Below, in pieces: positions 14,157-25,400 of a stretch of DNA of 64,000 nt. A model generated the notes under the pieces. It was not told the origin of the DNA and ran no database searches. It saw nothing but the letters and a program-made list of their open reading frames with translations. This DNA is from Tubulanus polymorphus. Its lineage: Eukaryota; Animalia; Nemertea. The translations under genes and the position numbers were made by a program. Location: NCBI RefSeq assembly GCF_964204645.1, contig NC_134025.1:24284299-24348298 (forward strand), in the 5' to 3' direction. The stretch's first letter is position 1. The number at the start of each line of letters is the position of its first letter.

Positions 14157-15850
14157 CAGTAGTTTTGAATGATTCGCATACGATTCTGTATTTCGTTTAC
14201 GGTATATGAAAAGAAATTTAAGAAACTGTACACCCAGATAGTTCTTCTAAGTCGTATTTCACGTTTGCTATACGCATAACATAAAGGAATGTAATACATA
14301 GTAGTTTTCTTTCCGGTTATATAACCGGTACTAATTCGATAAAATGTAGATATACTATGGAATTGAACTTATTTTTATGGACAATATAAAAGTGAGACAG
14401 ACTGGTAATGAACCTGTTGTCAATATTAACGAAGTCATAATTCGTGATTTTGATGATCATGATGATGATGATATAATGAACGGCATAAAATAATTTCTGC
14501 ACCAAAAACTAGACAACCAATCGATGTAATGTAGCAGTATACCATAACAGGAAATGATTTACTAGTTTTCAGTGCTGGATACATATTGATCGGGATAAGC
14601 GTGATCGGAGTAAGCGACATAGGTTACGTAGTATGGTGCAGACGAAGTAGAATACTATACGGTACCGAACCTACCTTCCATCATAAGAGAGGATGATAGC
14701 CTAATTCTAGCTTGTGTCGGCGGGTGGGGGTAAGGTATCCTTTGAAAAACCTGTTTGTAAATAAAGCGTATATCCTGATAAACAAAGACACGATGACGTC
14801 ACGGTGGCGGAATCCCAAAACAGCAATATGTACGCAATAAATAATTATAATCCGTCTGCCATAGAGAGGTAGAACGCTTATTCCACGACGTTGTAATAAC
14901 ACAAAATGACTGGTTTGAAAGGCTGAACTACTGGAAAACGTAATTCCTTTCTCGTATAAAAGGTGAATCAGATTTCGTGGAATGTTTCCATCACAAAACA
15001 TGTTGGCAAAGTCCGATGTACTATTTTGCCGCTTTCTAAGTTCAGTCGGTGCGAAATTACAAAACTGACGGGCAAAAACTCTTAGTCAGACAGCACTAAA
15101 TCTATATGGTAGATGTCTCCATTCTTTTGTTTCTCGTACTAAGATACAGGTGTTGGATCATATATATATATGTACATATATATATATATCATTTGTGACT
15201 TATATATCTGATTATTGTTTCTACGAAAATGAAACCCTGCTCATATACTCTTAATCATATTATAGATAAATAGAATATTCAATAGAATATTCAGTACGGT
15301 ACGGTATTCTTTAGTCTTTTGTTCGGAGTTTTTATACCAAGTAATAAAGATAGCCTGTTGTTCAATACTTACCCGTTATGTGTGTTGGTGCTTGCCTGGG
15401 TAATGTGTTACAACTATTTTCTCTGCGAGGACTGTGTTCGTCTGACAGCGAGTCAAAATATATCGAGAAAAACACTCACCGAGTGGATCAGAGTGCTATA
15501 TTTTTGTGCTTAGTTCAATCGGCTAGTAGCATATGTCAATGCTTGCGATGATGGTAAGCTTATAGAGTCTAGCGATCGAAGCATGATCGGGCACGTATGC
15601 TGATAAAAATGTGCCACGCCTCTGCGATGATGCAGACGTGTTCAGGCACGGATTTCAAACATGAAATTATCGATAGCTCATATCAAATTCCCACCAACTT
15701 GACTTTTGAAGTCGACAGGAAGAGGGGCACGGTTTGGCGAGGGCTGGTATTCAGTTCGGTTCAGTACGGTTAATAGTATAATGCCCATATAATTTGTTGG
15801 TACGCAAGCTTCAGTTCCGGGAATTCGACATCAGCACTACGCTGACATCA

Positions 15851-15864
15851 GTTTCCATGGCAAC
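15851..15864. promoter_or_regulatory. RFX X-box motif
   Basis: GTTTCCATGGCAAC matches the palindromic X-box consensus GTTNCCATGGNAAC, within a GC/CpG-rich patch. Confidence 0.55.
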
Positions 15865-18800
15865 TGGAGCTGACGCCATGATCCATTCCTTAGCGACAAA
15901 GCATCATCGCCATCGCCGCGGCTGCTGCGTCAGTATCGGGGAGTATTTTTTCGCCCAGCTCGCGCTACCTGTGACCGCATCGATCGCAGCGCATTCCTTC
16001 AAGGCTGATCGGTCGTCATAGCTATTCACCTAGCCACGCTGCTAATTATATATCGCTTCCTCAGTCGGTTTTGCCACATAAAAATGAGCGATAATGAATA
16101 ATTCACTTTATTAATACTGCGGCGCAGGGAGCTGTTCGCAGATGGCCTTGCGAGAGCGCGCAATGCGACTGCGGTGATACAAGTTCTTCCGTCTGCACCA
16201 CGCCAGATAGAAGATGTATTGCTAGTAACCACGCCAATTGACAATCACGGATCGTTTCTTCTTCTTAGAATTTAATTCGCCTGAGATTTTAAGTATATCA
16301 TCGTTCCAGTTCAGTCAATTTTTAAAATATCGATGATGAAATTAATGTAAATCGTTTTCTTGAGTGCTTATCGAATAAGAAATGATTTATCATTAGACGC
16401 AGCAAGTCGAATAACGTTCAGCGTATGAGTTATATTTTTCCAGTGTGAATTTGCGCTCTTATTGATGATTTTTCGTTGCCGTTTGATTTTGGTGAAAAGT
16501 GCGCGGTTATACGCGACGAAATGGCACTTATATCAACGGCCCTGACCGCGAGACGCGATAAGTGTGCACAGACAAATTCAATATCTCGCTGCGAAAGTTC
16601 AAGACTTTCTTTGTCTCTGATAGTGCCGCATAATGAAAATTATTATGCAGACGGCTACGCTGTCATGAAAATGACAATTGTGTTGCGAAAATTCAAATTT
16701 GCCAAAGGGGCAGGACTAGCAAAGTCGGTGAAAGGTTCATAGGTTAATAGAATTAGACCAACCTTTTGTCAGCCCAGCATATGATTATCTATTCAAAACT
16801 GACCATCGCACGCGACATTATCACGACAAATTTCTCAAATTTTTGACTCGAAATCTTATAAATTCATTTGATGCATTGATTGTCTATTCATCCAAGAAAT
16901 GGTCCGAGTTATGGTCGCAGTTGGTCAATATCGAATTTTGATTGCGCCCGCACGGATGTCAGTAACCTGCCCTAGATAAACCAGGGTCGCATGTACGCTA
17001 ACCTGTCCACAGCAATTCTATACCGACGTCAATCGTAAATAAGGTTGACAATATTTGTTACAATAACTTTTAAGCGTTAGCTACAGTTAATTTAATATGT
17101 ATATCTTATGTATTCGAAATGGTTTCGAATTGTGACTGTGAAAAGTTTTTCACGTTTTCGATGAATTTGATAATATTATATGCCATCTACAATGAAATCT
17201 ATCCAGGAATCGAACTAATTGGTTTATATAGTGTAGACATATATACATAATGTATCTTGAAATGTACCTATGTGACGTCATGATATATTATGTACCCGTA
17301 CTTTGATCCTCGATGACCCGACCGTGTTTATTGAATTATGTCGAATATCATTTTGTAAATGCAACTGTCAGAATAGGATATGTATATGTCTATTCTATAC
17401 ATCTCATCATGATGTAATAAACACAGGCGAAATTGTAGTTTTATTCTATTTTAATCAGGCGCAGAAAAGTGCGAAGACCGCGTGATCACATTTAAAAATG
17501 GCGTCCGACTACCACCTTTTAAAGTATACGCGCCAATAGATCATGTTCTTCCTATGAAATAATACGGTATTTCATGCCAATTCTATAGAAATAAATCCTT
17601 CAAGATGGATAATAAGTCTTGTCGAGAATGTTTGACAAGAAATCTCCATCGCTCTTTCGTAATAGACTATCATAAGATAACATTTTGCTTTGTATCGTGT
17701 TATTCACGTCCGATATTTCTGTTATTTACATATCGTAATTCAAAGTCATAAGGTCTGATTGAATCTATTTGCAAACCAACGCATCGTGTCGATAAGAAAT
17801 CCGACGATTCGAAGACTTAAAGTTCGCACTTTTACGTATTAAACACGGATGAGTGTTTCAATTACTCGAATGAAATGCAATAAGCCATTTATTGATACGG
17901 AATTTTTCATGGAAATTTGATAAAAATGGTTTTGTTAAAGTCAAGTAGAATCATAATCGATGACGAAAAAATCTAAATCGACCAAACTAAATTCTAAGTT
18001 GGGCTTCCGTCGCGACGGGAAAAATACATTTCTGAGTGTCCAAGATTTATTCATTTTCCAGTTGTATCGCAATATTGATTTAAACCATAGTCAATAGTTC
18101 CTAGTTGCATGTTTTGTAACACAGGTCCGTAGCGTCCCTGATTTTATGGGCAGTTCGTTATCCTTAAAATGCCGACCTTTTGTAACCTTTATGAAACTGC
18201 GCTCGAATGTAAAAATGCAACCCAATGCATCCCATGGAGTTAAATCGATAACAGCCCTTGTACGGACCGGAAGTACATAGGACAAGCCCACAATTGTTTT
18301 CGATTTCTGAAATTCATATTTAAGGATGCGGACCTTTTCAGGATTTGGAGCGGTTCGTCTTAACCCGCTTCAACCGCTCACGCTACGGGCCTGTATGATA
18401 TTGATGTTTCGAAAATACATGTTTGTAGGCCTATTATGTTTACTACGTACATAGAACGCGACTGATAATAAGATCGAATGAAAAACGGATAGATTTCTTG
18501 TAGGAATACGTATGAATTGATATGTCTCGTGTATTGGTGCGGAAAGTTCAATAATTTTGAAATATTTCATGCACGTATAGGCCAATGATGTGCCTTTATA
18601 TCTTTTTTTTTAATTCTCGAGAGGCCATTCTATTCTGTTTTTAAATAGTTTTGTCGAAAGAAAAATACTTCGACGTATACTCGCGCATGTAAATATGTAT
18701 ACGCGTAAAAATATTTTCGGTTTTTTTTAATAAGTGAATTATCGCGATATTCGAATCTGGCGAAACATGTTTCATTGACTGGTTGCCGCAGCCAGACGAG

Positions 18801-20203
18801 ATAGAAGAGCAATTGATGAAAAATTCAATACGTGATCCACTTCAGGAGTCATAGCTGCCATATTCATTTCTAAATACTAGCGTTCTACGTCGTGTTGTTT
18901 TAAAAACAAGGGCTCTCGTCGCTGCACATGTCGGGCGCACATTTCCGAGAATTTTTGATGGTTAATGAAAATGTTTACTCGATTTTCTATTTCGTAGAAA
19001 TATTCGAACAGACTTCTGCGCTTTCTGGATGCATGTTTTAATTGCGCTATAATATGCCAAATGGCCTTCAGTTGCGGATAAATTTGTCTCACCGGGCGGG
19101 CATGAAAGGTTTGCGGTTAAAAACAAAATTGGGCCGCAACTTTCCCACGATCTCGGACACGTCGTGACAATAGTGTAATTGTAACCTCCGAGCCCTCTCT
19201 CCTAGCCTGAGTTCATTTCCATAATTACTATCAAGCCGATGACTAAACCTCTACAACTCTCTATACCAGCCTTTGACAACGCCCACGTGAGTCGATTGCC
19301 TGTTTACTACTATCCTATAGACTCATTGTGAAGCAGGTGGTCATCGCTATTTGCAAAGGGATAAACGGAATGAATCATAACAACCCCGCCATCCAGGGAC
19401 TTGTGACCACGCACGATAATATAATGTACTTAAATCTAATTTTCATCAATGGCATTCATAACTGAGATAGTATCCGCAATGACTAAACAATAGATGCATC
19501 GCCTGAAGGAGCGCGACGCAACTCCGGTCCTTCCCACTCAGTTACGTATGTCTCCGGTTGATCGATGGTCAACTGCCTTCGTCGACGCGTCGTTGTCCGT
19601 TCGGTCGATAATGAGCATTAAATTGGTATTTCTCGCACCGAGATGCAAATGAAATTTAATCACGTTAAGGCCAACCCGTGGGATCGATATCCATAGACGA
19701 CTACATCGATTGTCACATGATCAGATGTAACCGAAACTATCTGTAAAAAGTTGCGTAAATCAGTGAATTCTATATGTTTTCATAATTGTTGTGGTGAATT
19801 CAGTTTCATGTTGCTAAAACACGATATTCAAACTAAAAATGCAGCCTCGGAATATGGCTTCAGTTTTTCTCAGCCCATATTGATTAAGAAATCTTGAATT
19901 ATTGGTCAATATAATCTATAATAATATAGTTAATGATTGATACGGCTCAATCAATTTCATATCTCGTTCCATTTTCGAAGTTCATAAGAACTTTTCTGTT
20001 GCATTTTCTTCCGTAATGTTTTTCTATAAGAATCGCAACATTCCATGTTGAATCCTAATTCACGTAGTACATGAACCAGGAGTTAAAATATGCGAAATCG
20101 AAAATCACTTAACATCCAAATTAACCACGACTGCAGAACTAAAAAAAACTTCTAAACTCACGAATAATAGAAGAACGAACAATTATGTGGGGTTTTCTAA
20201 AAA

Positions 20204-20213
20204 TTTATTTATT
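20204..20213 (-). terminator. Candidate polyadenylation signal (overlapping AATAAATAAA)
   Basis: + strand tttatttatt = two AATAAA on minus, followed on minus by a U/GU-rich tract (ttgttcgttcttct). Confidence 0.55.
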
Positions 20214-20493
20214 AAAACAACAAAAATGTTATCAGATCAGGTACTTCCCTTGATGATAATAATATTATGATAAAAGCCCTAAAATAAAACAATCCCAGAG
20301 CATTTTGATTATGTATAGCAATCACACCATTGTCCGGAGTATGGAAGCCCAAACCAAACCTAAATAAATAATCTACGATGAAAAATACACAAACTAAAAA
20401 ATATGCAAGCGAATATTACAAAATGACGGCAAATTATTCTTGAAAATTTGTGAAACAATCCTTTAACTGATTTATTTATACGGATTCACGATT

Positions 20494-20515
20494 TATATAT
20501 ATATATATATATATA
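20494..20515. repeat. (TA)n microsatellite in probable 3' UTR
   Basis: About 11 TA units. Confidence 0.9.
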
Positions 20516-21746
20516 CTGTTTACAACCAAACATGACTAGTACATACTCCCCATCAGTAGTAACAATGATAATATCAAAACACTCCTAAAATAACTGAGGA
20601 CTAGATACAACAACGGTTTGTTTAGCACAAAACGTACAAGGCATCGAAATAAAAGTGAATAAACGACTCAGTCAACAATCGATACGTAATATTTTTTTCA
20701 ATTCCGGTATCTAGACATTCGTGCTACGATATAATTCATGAGTTTATACACGTACGACGATGTTATTCATCATACTGTTGTTTTCTTGGTTTTTCCCCTT
20801 ATATATAATCACACAGAAATGTACTACACACACACATATACGAGACTAACTTTCCACTATTAAAATATTAGCAGCTAAAACTATAGCGATACGAACGATT
20901 TATCGGATTTATCAACATTTTCTGGTGAAAGACAACGGAAGTATTCTATTTCGAACTCGATAATGAATATACCTACAACACACATTACGTACTTCACACT
21001 AAAAAAAACCCCACTAAAATCTCCTCTTAGAAGAATAAGAATTCTCCTTTTTTTTTATTTTCGAAATGAATAAATACATAAATAAATAAATCAACCAACA
21101 AGATAATAGTACCTATGTACATGATTTGAAAGACACACTCGAGCTCTCGACCTTGTCATTAATGGATAAAGGAGCTGTTGTTATTGTTTATTGTTTATTT
21201 ATTACAGCCAGGGTTTTCAAAATAATACTTGTTAATTCCATAAATATGTTTACATATTTACACATTACATGCCAATAAATAATAATATTAATCAATGATC
21301 GGAATTCGGCACTGTGTTGCAAGGTATGCTGTTTGTACTAAACTTATGTTAAACCCTACCAGCTGCGGGCGCGTCCGAAATGAACTAAAATTATCAACGA
21401 TTCAAATTTATTCAAGCTTCAAATATTTCATGACTTATGTCTCAATTATACGATCGATATTTCGAATGATCATCTCCTTCTCTCGACTACACTGTGAGTA
21501 CAATGAAGGTGCAAACTTTGTGTGAGCAATTTCAACAATTGAAACAACAGAACAGTGCACCCAGCAGTACTTTCCCAAATCATTGTCGTTTAGAATTACA
21601 TCTGAAAGCTTGATTTCATCCGGTTTATAACAATCACTGTCAGGGGATTTGGATAAATCGCGATCAATAACGTATTGTTTCACATGATGATGTGTATAGT
21701 CCGGGAGTAGGTCCCCACGCACGTGTGTGCGGGGTCTTTTCTATTC

Positions 21747-22426
21747 TCAGCTAGATGCTGGCTCATCTTCATACTGTTTCCTGAAGCAATCACCGACTGG
21801 GAAGAAATCCCACGATCGCTGTTGATAATACTCCCAGACGTACGTCTCCTGAAAATTAGACGATTCATCCGATTATTAAGGTCAAACGTTAAATGTGATT
21901 TCACTGTACTTTAAACCAAAAATGACTTAACGCCGAGTTGTGTGACAATGGAATAGGCTATGAGCATTAACAATGTCACATTCAGACCTTTGAGGGCACA
22001 ATCAGTTAATCTCACATAGAATTTGCATTCAAGCATCAACGATTTTCAGTAAAACCTGCCTCGGGTTGCAAAGAAATTGATTGTACTCACTTCAAGGGCA
22101 AATAGCTGAGGTTATAAAGTCAAAATCTAACGTTTTATTTCAACTTTATAGAGTGAATTGGTTTTGATGATTGTTTTTACTTACTTGTCCAGTATATTCT
22201 GTATCTGGTTTGTTAATCAGATGCATTAAGAAGAACCTGAATGGTTGGAAAAATGATCATTTATTTTTTCATTATTCTATGAAAGAGTATTTTTTGTAGT
22301 GTAACAGTAATGGTGTATCGCTTACATATAATTGGCGAAATTATGCTCCTGCTGGACATGTTTCTCAAAGCCATGCGGTACTTTATCAAAATACTCTTTT
22401 CCGATACCACATATGAAACATTTTGA
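21747..22426 (-). CDS. RyR: RyR exons: C-terminal domain with C2H2 zinc site and stop codon
   Basis: Exons 22326-22426 ([16 protein letters not shown]), 22185-22236 (KPDTEYTGQ), 21747-21848 ([33 protein letters not shown]). Confidence 0.96.
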
Positions 22427-25400
22427 CTAAAATGAAAACATAGAAATATGATATAGACATCTATCCACCTGTACAGCAGTATGCCATATGATGATGAAAT
22501 ATAGTGTAAATTTCTGCTTACCTCCATATCTTCCTTGACCTGCTCGAGTTGATCTCTCAATTCACCAAATGCATCGATGATCAAACCTACAATAGAAGAC
22601 GGAAAGGATCTTTAATGAAATAGTTTTCTTCATGTGCTGGTATAAATCAAATGTACAGCAAACAGGTCAATTCGATAGGACTTCGAGAATGGCAATCGGA
22701 ATAAAGGGACAATCTTTTTATTGCCAGAAACAGACAGAGATGTGCCTATCGTGGAAAGAACAACATACGCGATGACACATCCTTGACAAGCCCCACAACC
22801 TGCCAGCTTTTAAGATTTCAGTTCCTAGAAATATTACGCCGACATACCTTGAATTATAGCCAGTAAAATGACAATAACGAAGAAGAAGAACGTAATATCA
22901 AATAAGATACGATAGTTTTCGTACGGGTCTCCATCAGGTGAATCGATCTCGTCACCAATACCACCACCGGCTCGTACACCAGCATACAGGTGGAATACGA
23001 AACACTGAAGTTAAAAAATATCAGTGTCATGAAAATACAATTTTTAGTGCAATTCAAGCCTTTTCATAGCATAATCTTCGCTTGAAAATATCTAAATTAA
23101 ATTCATTCTAGTGGAGAAAGTACAATCGAGTAACAATCATTTGACATAATAGACAGCAAAAGGTGATCATCCTTGACTTTACCGTTAACATATCATGGCA
23201 CTTTTGGTCTACGCTGCCGTCCTCTTCTTTGACATAGAATTTCCGGAAGAAATTGAACGCAATCACCGTGTAAATATACACGACAACACTTGTTAGCATG
23301 ACAGTCAACACGAGCTGAAAAAAAAACAACAACAAAAACATAAGATACATTTCGAGTAGAGTAATCGGTGTTCGTCAAGTATTTTTCCCATCGTATGCCA
23401 GCTTGTTTACATAGAAAATGATGGATCGAAAAAGGATCTAATGGCTCCAGTAACTAGCTGATTCTTGAAAGTATCAAAAGGTCATGAAAAATGCACAAAC
23501 ACACTTCACATGTATATCAGCACGTTGTGATGAATGAATGTAAGCTCAATTTGAATCTTTAGCTTTTGATCGACTGCATATATTCACTTACCTGTTTTCC
23601 GTTATGTGTTACAGATTGCAAAATGGTTCGCAGCGTCTTGAAGCTGATCGCGACATCGAGAAGATGACCGGCGAAGAAGAACGGGTTGATATTGCCGAGC
23701 ATTGAGAACACAAAGAAGAACAGCAGGTACAAAAAAGACTGAAATGAATTGAATTCGTATATCATTACTTTTTTTATGCACAGAAGTAATTGTTTGTAAT
23801 TGGTTTCATACTTACGTTGTCTGTAAATATGACTCCCCATTTCCATATTTGGTACTGCCAGTCAACTTCAGAAAAGCTGTTGAAATATGAACATGATATG
23901 TCTATAAATGCATATGCATTCAATTGTAATTTTGTTGGCGATATGGTGAGACGTTAAAACTTGGGCTAGACTACAAGGTTTTTTAAAGTTTGAAACTTAA
24001 ACGAAACTAAGTGCCTCATGAAGATAAAACGTGATTGTAAAAATATGTATGGGCATGTACAAGCAAGTGAAATTCACATGACTGCTAACTAGTACTGTGG
24101 GCAGTAGAAAGAAAGAAATAGTTCATATAGTTGTATCAGTAATTCGTGAGATGCTGTTATCTGTAGATTTAGAGTATCTTAACCCTCCTTGAAATTCGTA
24201 CTTCCCCTCGGATTAAAAGAATTATTATTACAAAAAAAATATACAATTCATTCTGTCAGAAAAATCACAATTTATTAGTCGAACTTTCACTCTTTAGTTT
24301 TTAGTAATCAAACTTCGTTCCAGTTCTATTCTGCGTGTATACATATATAAACCTTAATTTTCTGAATCGGTCTTAGTGTCACCTCATGAAAGAAAATGTG
24401 TGCTAATGATAAATGTGTAGTACTAGCATTCAACGAAAAAAAAACGAAAATCTATTACTCTCTATGTAATATATCTTACCACCGAAATATGCGTATCCTG
24501 GAATGACATTAGCATTTGAAAAAATAACAATTGTCAGGTCAAACGGAAATGAAGTTATACTGATGAATAGGTATACAATATGCTTTTTGATGGGAAAGAA
24601 TCAGTTAAAAGTCGATAACTTACAAAGTAGGAAGTATGCCCTTGGGTTCTTGGACTTCCTCTTCTTTCACTTTGAAACTCAGACTGTCACCTTTTTCCAT
24701 TCCGAGTAGCGTGCTGATCTCATCGTAGTCATACTGTTCACTGTACTTGTTGCGTACCTAGTTAGGAAATCCATAAATAAATACCATGATACAAACAGCT
24801 CATTCCTGCTGAACATACGAATGAAGAAAATATATTTTTCAGTAACTAACCTTCTTTTTGACAAACTTATCCCAGTACATATGAGGAAATGATTTCGTTG
24901 ATAGCACCAATTTGTCCCAAAGGCTTTTGAGGTCATCTTCACCAGCTTGTTGGTTGATCCACATTCCTTCAAATTCTAACATACGAGAAATTTCTTTCTC
25001 GCGCTTGAAGACAACAAGTGGGACTTTCAGACAGTAGTAAGCGACCAGCATGGAGAATGAGACAATCGAATGAAAGACTGCTAATATTGTAATACACGTC
25101 TGGAAATATGGCACATTTTCACTCATTTTGATGAATTCGTCTGCCTTTTCATCACCGTCTCCACCTTCAGCAGATGTTGCATTTGCAGCAGCGTCTGCTA
25201 CTGCCTCAGCTGCCGCCTCAGCAGCTGCTTCAGCAGCTCCGCTTTCATCTGATTCTCCGGCAGTAACCTGAATAAGATTAATGAAATCAAAAATGACTCG
25301 ATATATACACATGCACTGTTAAGTTTCAATAAAAACCTAAATACATACTCTGTAGAAAAGTAGAATAAAGTTTATGGCAAACCCTAAAATCAGTGCAGCT

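Larger units (their letters stand above)
20190..21746 (-). other. Probable RyR 3' UTR
   Basis: U-rich on the minus strand from the stop codon to overlapping AATAAA hexamers at 20204-20213; additional AATAAA near 21054-21059 and 21187-21203. Distal end is inferred. Confidence 0.6.

Noticed and set aside
19206-19286. 81-nt open + strand exon-like unit (cctag..GTGAGT)
   Set aside because: No homology and no linkable neighbouring exons; insufficient support.
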